A stretch of 41,987 nucleotides of DNA from an uncultured Planctomycetaceae bacterium (lineage in GTDB: Bacteria > Planctomycetota > UBA1135 > GCA-002686595): assembly GCA_964615935.1 (NCBI GenBank), contig CAZTTG010000052.1, positions 1 through 41,987 on the forward strand, written 5' to 3'. Under the pieces are notes generated by a model. It did not search any database, was not told where the DNA came from, and saw nothing but the letters and a program-made list of their open reading frames with translations. Shown here one piece after another: positions 1 through 8,013 of this stretch (the first letter of the stretch is position 1; the number at the start of each line of letters is the position of its first letter). Position numbers and translations under genes: made by a program.

Positions 1-300
1 TTTCCAGAGCCGGTTCAGTGCCTTCGCCACTCGGATCTTGAAGCCCTGCATGGCCCTGGCCAGGCACTGCTCGCTGTTCGAGTCGACCAGCAGGTGCAGG
101 TGGTTCGAGAGGATGGACCAGTGACAGATCCGAACGCCGAAGCGGTTCTTGGCCGCCCGTATGGTCGGCAGCAGAACCCTCAGCGTCCTCTGATTCCGCA
201 GCGGCGGCAGTCCATCCTTCAGGTGCATCGAAACGTGCAGAGGTCCCGCGGCGCAGGGTCGTTTCGAGTGCGGAACTCTCGAGCTGGTGCGTTCGTTCAT
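1..300 (-). CDS. IS200/IS605-family (Y1 HUH) transposase-like protein, N-terminal part; the gene continues past the window start
   Basis: My own reverse-complement translation from the ATG at 300 reads MNERTSSRVPHSKRPCAAGPLHVSMHLKDGLPPLRNQRTLRVLLPTIRAAKNRFGVRICHWSILSNHLHLLVDSNSEQCLARAMQGFKIRVAKALNRLWK with no stop before the window edge. The HLHLL (HUH) motif preceded by W-x-I-L-x-N and the N-terminal R-x-PH..RP...LHVS pattern are typical of the Y1 transposase fold (PF01797-like). The catalytic Tyr region would lie beyond position 1. This ORF is not in the supplied track because it has no stop inside the window. Confidence 0.6.
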   Translation of the reverse strand, partial: MNERTSSRVPHSKRPCAAGPLHVSMHLKDGLPPLRNQRTLRVLLPTIRAAKNRFGVRICHWSILSNHLHLLVDSNSEQCLARAMQGFKIRVAKALNRLWK

Positions 301-383
301 GTGCAGATCTCCTCCGCAGAAGGCGCGCTGTTTCCATCTACTAAGACGAACGCAATCGCTCCTGGTTTCACTCCATCCCGGCA

Positions 384-405
384 AATATGTGCCGCGGCAC
401 ATATT
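384..405. repeat. Perfect 22-bp palindrome AATATGTGCCGCGGCACATATT
   Basis: Read directly from the sequence: aatatgtgccg followed by cggcacatatt is an exact inverted repeat. It lies 84 bp upstream of the transposase-like start in unusually AT-rich local context (caaatatg / catattc). Confidence 0.9.
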
Positions 406-642
406 CCCCCGGGCGTTCGCGCGCGGGGCGGACTTCGGTGTTCGGAGGCGCCCGCGGCCCCGGCCCCCGGGGGCGCCGGGGGGCCGGTCCAGAGGCCCCG
501 CGCGCGGACGGGGCCCCGGAAAGCCCGGCCAGGTGACAGCACCCACCCGCCCCAGACACCATTCCCCGCGACCCACCCGCAACCACCGGCCGATCCCGCG
601 CGTCCCCCGGGCGGAAGGGGGGCGTTCCCCCGGGGGACCCCT

Positions 643-716
643 GGAACCCTCCCGGCGAGCCCGACGGGCGCCGGAACCCCAGCAAGCGATCTGTAACCCC
701 CCAACAGGACGGAACC
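643..716 (+). promoter_or_regulatory. Array of GGAACC / GTAACC direct repeats in the tamB leader
   Basis: GGAACC occurs at 643-648, 673-678 and 711-716, and GTAACC at 693-698, with spacings of 30, 20 and 18 bp. An inverted GTTCC sits at 624-628. The array lies in a roughly 570-bp non-coding GC-rich leader 260 to 335 bp upstream of the tamB start. Confidence 0.35.
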
Positions 717-978
717 CCACCCAGGACCGCTGCGTCACAGGGGTGGCCTCCCGCAGAGCCTCGATCACGCACCCCCCGAGTGTCCCACACAACGCTTCCC
801 GGTGCGATGCGGCCTCCCGTCCCCAGGGCAGAGGGTGGGAGGCCGCTCCTTTGGGCCGGAGAACGGGCCCTCCGGCGGTCGCGGGCCACCAGGGGGCCCG
901 GCCGGGGCGATCCCGCCCCGGCTGGCGCAGTGGATCCCTTCGGGTAGAATCCGCCGCCCTCGCCTCCCCGGGGGTCGA

Positions 979-3900
979 ATGCTCCCCGTGACCCCCGAGA
1001 TGAACGCCCTCCCAGAGGTGCCCGAGCCCGGGCGGCCGCGCAGGCCCCGGCGGCGCCGCCTCCTGCGCCTGGCGGCCATCCTGATCGGGGCCGGCACCCT
1101 GGGGCTGATCGCGCTCTACCTCCTCCGGGGGAGCCTCCTGGCCCCGACGCTCCTTCGCCTGGCGGCCGATCGGGCCGAGGCCGAGTACGGGCTGGAGCTC
1201 CAGATCGATGGGCTGGGCGGGAGCTGGCTGGGTGATCTCGTGCTGACCGGCGTGCGCGCGAAACGGGTGCGCGGAACCCTGCCCCTGGAGCGCCTGGATG
1301 CCGACCGCCTGCAGGCCGAATACTCCCTGTGGGACCTGGCGCGCGGTCGCGAGGGGTGGCTGCACTCCATCGGCGGCGAGCTCCGACACCTGGCGATCGA
1401 CCTGTCACGGCGGGGTCCCGACGCGCCCGAGCCGCGAGGCGACGAGCAGCCCTTCGGATTGTCGGCGGACCTCCCCGAGATCGCCCTGCGCGCCGCCGAG
1501 ATCGACCTGCGCCTCCCCGGAGACCGAAGCCTGAGGCTCGCGGAGCTGGACGTCGAGGCGGCCTCCACCGAGGGCGGACAGCGGGTGGAGGTCGCCCTGG
1601 CTCGCTGCACCCTCGAAGACCCCGAGCTGGGACGCCGGGAGGCACCCCTGCAGGCGACGCTGCTCTACCGCGCCGGCGAGATCGAGCTCGAGTCCCTCGC
1701 CCTGGGCGAGCTCCTGCGGACCGAGGGCGCACGCCTCGACCTGCGCGAGCTGGACCGCGGGCACGCGGCGTGGGACGCCCGGCTGCAGGTCTTCTCGGGC
1801 GAGATCGAGGTGCGTGGCGAGCGGCAGGGGAGTTCGATCGACACCGAGCTGCGCATCGCCGATCTGGACCTGGCGCGCATCCCCGAATGGGCGCCGATCG
1901 ACACCGACACCTGGCCCGCCGGACGCCTCGAGCTGTCGGGCGACCTCCGGATCGACCCCTCCGACCCCCTGGCCGGGGAGGCCAGTCTGAGCCTGGCCCT
2001 CCACGGCTTCGCCCTGGCGGATCGCGACTTCGTCCGCGTCGAGGCCGAGGTCGACCTGTCCGGCGGCACCCTGAGCGTTCCGCGACTCGAGGCCCTTCAG
2101 GATGGAAACCGCATCGCGCTCTCGGGCGGGATCCTGCCCCTCGATCAGGCGGGGAGCGAAGGCGGGATCCTGGACCTGCTCGCCCGCGCAGAGGGCCGGC
2201 TGGAGGCCGAGATCCGCGATCTGCCCGCCCTGATCGGCGAGGGTCGGGCGACCCGCGCCGCGCGCACCCTGCCCGCGCACTCCATCGAGCTCGCGGCGGG
2301 GATCTCCGGGGGCTCGATCGAGATCGAGGCCGCCCGGCTGAGCACCCCCGGCGGAGAGCTGGTGGCCCGGAGCGGCCGGCTGGATCTCGCCGCGACGAGC
2401 TCGATCGCCGACGCCCACCTCGACCTGGACCTGCTGGCGGACTTCGAGGACCTCGCCGACCTCGGCCGGATCCTCGAGACCGAGCCCTGGTCGGGGAGCC
2501 TGCGGGGCGCGGTCCGGATCGTCGGTCCCCTGAGCGCTCCCGTCGGCGAGCTGGACCTGGGAGGCGGCGAGGTGGTCGTCGCCGGCCGCCCCCTCGGGGA
2601 GGTCGCGGTGCGCGTCCACCTCGACGGCGAGCGGGCGCAGGTCGAGCGCTTCGAGGCCCGGGATCCGCGCGGCCGGCTGACCCTCTCGGGCAGCTACAGC
2701 TTCTCCGATGGCCGGCTGGAAGGCGCTTCCCTCGAGATGGAGACGGCCGACCTCGCGCAGCTCGCACCCGCGGCCTTCGCGGGCGGTCGGGCCCAGCTCT
2801 CCGCGACCCTCGAGGGTCCGCTGCGCGCGCCCACGGGTCCCCTGACCCTCGAGGCGGCGGACGTCGAGCTCCGCGGCCGCCGGATCGACTCGCTGCGGCT
2901 TCGGGGGGAGCTGGCGGGCCTCGACCTGCGCCTGGAGGAGCTCGCGGCCACCGGCCCCGACGGCGGGCTGGTCGCCAGCGGCGAGCTGCGCCGATCCGAG
3001 GACGGGCGGCAGCTCGACGCGACGCTCCGGACCCTGGTGCTCGAGCGCGATGCGCAGACCCTGTCGCTGGAGCGGCCCGCCCGGATCGCGCTCACCGACG
3101 GCCGGGTCCAGGTCGGCCCCCTGGAGCTCTCCGGGGAGCTCGGCCGCGCGACCCTCGCGCTGAGCCTGGAGGGTGAGGAGCAGATCCTCTCCATCTCCCT
3201 CGAGGACCTCGACCCCATGCCGGTGGCCGGCCCCCTCCTGCCGCCGGGCCTCGAGATCGAGGGGATCGAGGGCACCCTCGAGGCCCGACTCGGCCCCGGC
3301 CTCACCCGCGTGGCGGCGGACCTGAGCGTCCGGGAGCTCCGCCCGGCGGAGAGCGGACCGAGCTTCTCGCTGCGCGCGGCCGGCGAGCTGGCCGACGGGA
3401 TCGCGAGCCTGGAGGCGATCGAGCTCGCCAGCCCCGAGCACGGGAGCCTGCGCATCCAGGGGAGCTGCCCCCTCGACCCGCTGGGGGAGGCGCCCCTGCC
3501 CCCCGGCGAGCTCGACCTCTCCTTCCTGGCCGAGACGAGCGAGCTCGCGCCCTGGCTCGACTGGCTGGGCGGCGGCCTCGAGGGATCGGGGAGCGCGCGG
3601 ATCGAGGGGCGGCTCGGCGGGAGCTGGAGCGCCGCGCGGGGACGCCTCGAGATCGCGGGAGCGGACCTCCGCCTGGTCGTGGAGACCGGCGAAGGCGCGA
3701 GCGAGCTCGGGCCGGCGGTGGCCGAGATCGGGATCGACCTCCTCGAGGAGGGGACCGCGGCCCGGGTCCTCGTCCGCGGCGAGGAGGGCGAGGCCCGGCT
3801 CGAGGGGAGCCTCGGCGTCCCCCTCGACCTGGCCGGGCTCGTCGCGGGCGAGGGCCGGGCCCTGCTCGAGGGCCCGATCGACCTTCGGGCGGGACTCGAC

Positions 3901-5124
3901 CTGCCCGACCTCACCTTCGCGGCCGCGGCGACCGACGCCGTGCGCCGGCTGGCCGGCGCGCTCGACGCGGAGCTGCGGATCGAGGGCACCCTCGGCGAGC
4001 CCGAGCTCGGCGGCTTCGTCGCTCTCTCCGGGGGCGAGCTGCGGCTGGCAGGGGCCCTGCCCGCCCTGGCCGCCCTCGATGCGCGCCTCGAGCTGGAGGG
4101 CACCTCGATCCGCGTCGAGGAGCTCAGCGGGGAGCTGGGTGCCGCGCCCTTCCGCATCGCGGGCACCGCCGACCTCGCCGGGGAGGAGCCCGTGCTCGAC
4201 CTCTCGATCTCGGGCGAGAACCTGCTCCTCCACCGCCGGGCGGGGATCAAGGTGCGCGCCGACGCCGACCTCTCCGTGAGCGGTCCGCTCGGGGGCCTGG
4301 TGGCCCGGGGCGAGCTGGCCCTGACCGACGGGCGCTTCGTGAAGCAGGTGGACCTGCTGGGGAGCGCCCTCGGCGGGAGCGGCGGTGGACCCCAGGGGCC
4401 GGGCAGGGGCCTGGACCTCTCGATCGCCGACGAGGGCCCCCTGGCGACGATGGAGCTCGACCTGGCCCTGACCGCGAAGCGGCCCTTCACCCTGAAGAAC
4501 AACGTGATGAGCGGCGGGCTGCGCCCCGACCTTCGGCTCCTGGGCACCGGCCAGGTGCCGGTGCTGCGCGGTCCCGTCTACCTCGAGCCCACCCGCATCT
4601 CCCTGCCGGGCGGCAGGCTCCTGGTCGAGTCGGGCACGGTGCTCTTCCTCGAGGAGGATCCCTTCACGCCGCAGCTGGAGCTCATGGCCCGCGCGCGCAT
4701 GCGCGGCTACGACATCAGCGTGCGCATCAGCGGCCCCCTCGACCGACTCGAGATCGCCGCCAGCTCGGTGCCGCCCCTGCCGGGGGAGGAGCTGCTGGAG
4801 CTGCTCGCCACCGGGCGGCTCTCGGCCGACAGCTCCGCCGATCGCGGACAGCGCGCGGCCGAGTCCCTGGCGATCTTCCTGGCCCAGGACTTCCTGGGGC
4901 GCTGGTTCGCCAGCGAGTCGACCGAGTCCGGCGAGAGCCTGATGGACCGCATCGAGGTCCAGAGCGGAAGGGACGTGACCGAGAGCGGCGGCACCACCAT
5001 GTGGGTCGGCTTCCGCGCCCTGGGCCCGGCCACCGGCGCTGGCCGCGCGCAGGTCCTGACCGGCGAGCTGGACGAGTACGACAAGATCAACTTCGGCTGG
5101 CGCTTCGTGTTCCGCTTCGAATGA
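979..5124 (+). CDS. tamB: TamB-like translocation and assembly module inner-membrane protein (AsmA/DUF490 family)
   Basis: Long ORF with GC3-rich codon usage. It has an N-terminal signal-anchor (LLRLAAILIGAGTLGLIALYLL) followed by about 1300 aa of repetitive beta-rich D/E/L/G sequence. The C-terminus (VLTGELDEYDKINFGWRFVFRFE) is typical of the TamB DUF490 end. The stop overlaps the start of an Omp85-family gene. The start is taken at the ATG at 979; the ATG at 1000 is equally possible. Confidence 0.75.
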   Translation: MLPVTPEMNALPEVPEPGRPRRPRRRRLLRLAAILIGAGTLGLIALYLLRGSLLAPTLLRLAADRAEAEYGLELQIDGLGGSWLGDLVLTGVRAKRVRGTLPLERLDADRLQAEYSLWDLARGREGWLHSIGGELRHLAIDLSRRGPDAPEPRGDEQPFGLSADLPEIALRAAEIDLRLPGDRSLRLAELDVEAASTEGGQRVEVALARCTLEDPELGRREAPLQATLLYRAGEIELESLALGELLRTEGARLDLRELDRGHAAWDARLQVFSGEIEVRGERQGSSIDTELRIADLDLARIPEWAPIDTDTWPAGRLELSGDLRIDPSDPLAGEASLSLALHGFALADRDFVRVEAEVDLSGGTLSVPRLEALQDGNRIALSGGILPLDQAGSEGGILDLLARAEGRLEAEIRDLPALIGEGRATRAARTLPAHSIELAAGISGGSIEIEAARLSTPGGELVARSGRLDLAATSSIADAHLDLDLLADFEDLADLGRILETEPWSGSLRGAVRIVGPLSAPVGELDLGGGEVVVAGRPLGEVAVRVHLDGERAQVERFEARDPRGRLTLSGSYSFSDGRLEGASLEMETADLAQLAPAAFAGGRAQLSATLEGPLRAPTGPLTLEAADVELRGRRIDSLRLRGELAGLDLRLEELAATGPDGGLVASGELRRSEDGRQLDATLRTLVLERDAQTLSLERPARIALTDGRVQVGPLELSGELGRATLALSLEGEEQILSISLEDLDPMPVAGPLLPPGLEIEGIEGTLEARLGPGLTRVAADLSVRELRPAESGPSFSLRAAGELADGIASLEAIELASPEHGSLRIQGSCPLDPLGEAPLPPGELDLSFLAETSELAPWLDWLGGGLEGSGSARIEGRLGGSWSAARGRLEIAGADLRLVVETGEGASELGPAVAEIGIDLLEEGTAARVLVRGEEGEARLEGSLGVPLDLAGLVAGEGRALLEGPIDLRAGLDLPDLTFAAAATDAVRRLAGALDAELRIEGTLGEPELGGFVALSGGELRLAGALPALAALDARLELEGTSIRVEELSGELGAAPFRIAGTADLAGEEPVLDLSISGENLLLHRRAGIKVRADADLSVSGPLGGLVARGELALTDGRFVKQVDLLGSALGGSGGGPQGPGRGLDLSIADEGPLATMELDLALTAKRPFTLKNNVMSGGLRPDLRLLGTGQVPVLRGPVYLEPTRISLPGGRLLVESGTVLFLEEDPFTPQLELMARARMRGYDISVRISGPLDRLEIAASSVPPLPGEELLELLATGRLSADSSADRGQRAAESLAIFLAQDFLGRWFASESTESGESLMDRIEVQSGRDVTESGGTTMWVGFRALGPATGAGRAQVLTGELDEYDKINFGWRFVFRFE

Positions 5125-7184
5125 AGGCCCTCCCCTGGATCCTCCCGCTGGCGCTGGCCGCGGGCTGCCGCAGCACCCCCGAGGACGGCGGGGAGGGCGC
5201 CGCCCCGGCCGGGACCTCCGGCGTCGAGCTGCGCTTCGAGGGCAACGACGTCCTCTCCGGCCGAGACCTTCGCCGGGCGATCGTGGACGAGCTGGGAGAC
5301 CTCCAGCGACTGGGCACCAAGGCGGCGACCGATGACGCCGCCTTCGCGATGGAGGAGCACTACCGGAGCCAGGGCTTCCACGAGGCCCGGGTGGAGTACC
5401 GGTACGAGGCCGAGCCCGGCGGAGGCGCGAGGGCGCGTTTCGAGATCCGCGAGGGGCCGCGGGCGGTGATCGAGGCGATCGAGATCGAGGGCGCGGCGAG
5501 CTTCGAGGCGGCGGAGCTGGCCCGGCTGTTCGCCGGAGAGCGCGCCGGGCTGCTCGACCGCGGCGACCTCTACTACAGCCGCGAGGCGGTCTCCGGCGGG
5601 GCCGGGGCGCTGCGCTCCTTCTATCGCCAGGGCGGGTGGCTGCGGGTGGCGGTGTCCGAGCCGCGGATCGCCTTCGGTCCCGACCGCACCCGCGCGCGGG
5701 TTCACCTGGAGGTCGTGGAGGGCCCGCGCTTCCACCTGCGGGCGGTCGACTTCGCGGGCCAGGCGGGCCTCTCCGCCGAGGAGCTCCGATCGAGCGTCGA
5801 GGATCGGCTGGGAGCGCCCTTCACGCCGCGCGAGGCGGTCGCCCTGCGCTCGCGCCTGATCGAGGCCCACCGCCGGCGGGGCTTCCCCGACTGCCGCGCG
5901 GCCTACCGAGCGACCCGCGACGAGGAGAGCGGCGACGTGACGCTGCTCTACGAGATCGACGCGGGCGAGCGGGTGAGCGTCGGCGCCGTCACCGTCCGCG
6001 GCAACGAGAAGACCCGGGAGTCCTTCGTGCGCGAGCGCCTGCGGCTCGAGGAGGGCCAGTCCTACGACTCCGAGAAGGTCCGCCAGAGCTTCCGCGAGCT
6101 CTACCGCACGGGGCTCTTCGAGTCGGTGCGCATCGAGCTCGCCGAGGGACCGGGATCGGAGCGCCCGCTGCTGGTGGAGCTCGTGGAGGCGCCCAGCCGG
6201 GAGGTCTTCGTCGAGCCGGGCTTCGGCTCCTACGAGGGCCCGCGCCTGACCCTGGGGGCCACCGAGCGCAACCTCTACGGGACCGGCCTGGTGCTCCAGG
6301 CCGAGGCCACCGGCGGGGCGCTGGCCCAGGAGGCCACCCTGAGCCTGACCGACCGCTGGCTGAGCGCGCTCGAGCTCACCGCCAGCGCGGCGCTCTTCGG
6401 CAAGCATCGGGTGAAGCCCTCCTACACCCTCGAGGAGCTGGGGGCGGCCCTGTCCCTGGCGAAGCAGTGGACGCGCAGCTTCCACACCGCGCTGGAGTAC
6501 CGCTACAGCCTCACCGGCCTGCGCGACGTCCAGGTCAGCTTCGAGGGCTCGGGGACCTCCGCCGAGGTACGCGACTCGGACGTGGGCTCTCTCTCCCTGG
6601 CCCTGACCTGGGACGGGCGCGACCAGCCGGTGCTGCCGCCGAAGAGCGGGGCGCTGAGCCAGCTCTCCTTCGAGTGGGGCTCCTCGGCCATCGGCTCCGA
6701 GATCGACTTCGCCCGGGTGCACCTGCGGCGGTCGCAGTACTTCGAGCTGCGCGAGGGCACCGTGGCGGCCCTGGCCGTGCGCAGCGGCGCGATCGTGCCC
6801 ATGGGCTCGACCCACGCGATCCCCCTCCACGAGCGCTTCTTCAACGGCGGCGAGAACTCGGTGCGCTCCTTCCGGGAGGACATGCTGGGACCCCTCGATC
6901 GCCACGGCGAGCCCCGGGGTGGCGAGGCCTACTCGGTGATCTCGGCCGAGCTCCGCCAGGGGCTGGCGGGTCAGCTCTCGGTGGCCCTCTTCGCCGACGC
7001 CGGCAACGTGGCCCTGCGGCACGAGGACTGGCTGAGATTCGAGGATCTCCGCGGCGGGATCGGCGTGGGGCTGCGCTACCTGCTGCCCATCGGCCCCCTG
7101 CGACTCGACGGCGCCGTCAACCCGGATCCGCGGCCGGAGGAGTCCGACTGGGCCATCCACTTTTCGGTGGGGATGGCCTTCTGA
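5121..7184 (+). CDS. tamA: Omp85-family outer-membrane protein (TamA/BamA-like) with POTRA repeats and C-terminal beta-barrel
   Basis: ATGA start/stop overlap with tamB. Signal peptide plus lipobox-like LAAGC. Repeated POTRA-like units (VELRFEGNDVLSGRDLRRAI, IEAIEIEGAASFEAAEL, LRAVDFAGQAGLSAEEL, VGAVTVRGNEKTRESFVRERL). The C-terminal barrel ends in an aromatic residue (SVGMAF). Confidence 0.8.
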   Translation: MKALPWILPLALAAGCRSTPEDGGEGAAPAGTSGVELRFEGNDVLSGRDLRRAIVDELGDLQRLGTKAATDDAAFAMEEHYRSQGFHEARVEYRYEAEPGGGARARFEIREGPRAVIEAIEIEGAASFEAAELARLFAGERAGLLDRGDLYYSREAVSGGAGALRSFYRQGGWLRVAVSEPRIAFGPDRTRARVHLEVVEGPRFHLRAVDFAGQAGLSAEELRSSVEDRLGAPFTPREAVALRSRLIEAHRRRGFPDCRAAYRATRDEESGDVTLLYEIDAGERVSVGAVTVRGNEKTRESFVRERLRLEEGQSYDSEKVRQSFRELYRTGLFESVRIELAEGPGSERPLLVELVEAPSREVFVEPGFGSYEGPRLTLGATERNLYGTGLVLQAEATGGALAQEATLSLTDRWLSALELTASAALFGKHRVKPSYTLEELGAALSLAKQWTRSFHTALEYRYSLTGLRDVQVSFEGSGTSAEVRDSDVGSLSLALTWDGRDQPVLPPKSGALSQLSFEWGSSAIGSEIDFARVHLRRSQYFELREGTVAALAVRSGAIVPMGSTHAIPLHERFFNGGENSVRSFREDMLGPLDRHGEPRGGEAYSVISAELRQGLAGQLSVALFADAGNVALRHEDWLRFEDLRGGIGVGLRYLLPIGPLRLDGAVNPDPRPEESDWAIHFSVGMAF

Positions 7185-7253
7185 ATGGGTTGAAATGCCC
7201 CCCGCCCGATTCCCACCAACTGGAGCCGCCCCGGACCCGCGGAGACCACCAGG

Positions 7254-7508
7254 ATGAAGTACGCCAAGACCGTCTTTCTCGCCGTCCTGGTCGTCGTCGT
7301 CCTCTGGGTGGTCGTCCAGAACTGGTCGGGGGTTTCGGTGGAGTTCCTCCTCCTCGAGCTGGAGGCGCCGCTGCCGGTGCTGCTGCTGATCACCCTGGGG
7401 ATCGGCTTCGGGGGGGGCGCCTTCTGGAGCCGGTGGCGGCGCAGGGAGAAGGAGAGGCGGGCCCAGGTCGAGGCCTCCCAGGCGGCGGAGGCCCCCCCGA
7501 GCGAGTGA
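7254..7508 (+). CDS. LapA/YciS-like (DUF1049) small inner-membrane protein
   Basis: 84 aa with the pattern MKYAKTVFLAVLVVVVLWVVVQNWSGVSVEFLLLELEAPLPVLLLITLGIGFGGGAF followed by a basic tail. The QN...V...F motif and two TM segments match LapA-family architecture. Confidence 0.5.
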   Translation: MKYAKTVFLAVLVVVVLWVVVQNWSGVSVEFLLLELEAPLPVLLLITLGIGFGGGAFWSRWRRREKERRAQVEASQAAEAPPSE

Positions 7509-7599
7509 GTCCCGGGCCCGAACCGGATCCGGGGGGGCGGTCGCGCGCCCGCGGGCCCGGATGCTAACGTATGGCGGACCCCTGTGCCGAAGGGACGCC

Positions 7600-8013
7600 A
7601 TGCACCGAAAACGCCCCGCCCTGCTCCTCGCGAGCCTCCTCCTTCTCGGCTCCTGCGGCCCCTCCACGGCCGCGGAGAATGAGTCGCGCATCGCCCACTA
7701 CGTGAGCGGTGAGCCCGCTCGCCTGGTGCTCTCGGGCGTCGAGGTCACCGTCGAGCCGGAGGTCGAGCTGGGGGTGGTGTCGGTGAGCGGCTCGAGCGCC
7801 TCGCGCTTCCAGGCGAGCATCGGAAGCGTCCCGTCGGTCGCCCCGCGGGACGCCTTCTCGGCCTGGATCTCGGGACGCGAGCTCAGCGTGCGCGGCGGGG
7901 TGCTGGCCATCGGCGAGCGCCAGTTCGGCGCGGTCGACGCGGACGACGAGGTGCGCATCGGCCCCGATGGCGTGACGGTCAACGAGGAATCCCGAGGAGA
8001 GCTCCCCCGATGA
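7600..8013 (+). CDS. Lipoprotein of unknown function
   Basis: The internal ATG at 7600 gives MHRKRPALLLASLLLLGSCGPS, a signal peptide with a lipobox (LLGSC). The stop overlaps the start of the next gene (ATGA). Confidence 0.5.
   Translation: MHRKRPALLLASLLLLGSCGPSTAAENESRIAHYVSGEPARLVLSGVEVTVEPEVELGVVSVSGSSASRFQASIGSVPSVAPRDAFSAWISGRELSVRGGVLAIGERQFGAVDADDEVRIGPDGVTVNEESRGELPR

Noticed and set aside
94-991. ORFs 94..696, 287..991 and 297..704 spanning the tamB leader.
   Set aside because: Pro/Arg/Gly low-complexity translations with no start context. The region is better explained as the 5' end of the Y1 transposase-like gene (minus strand, 1-300) followed by a non-coding leader.
368-4233. 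Very long minus-strand ORFs (368..2767, 799 aa; 1405..4233, 942 aa; 2694..4547, 617 aa) and the plus off-frame ORF 1329..3176.
   Set aside because: They are antisense or off-frame to the well-supported tamB gene. Their translations are low-complexity Arg/Pro/Gly/Ala runs, typical of stop-codon depletion in roughly 70% GC DNA. No domain-like sequence is present.
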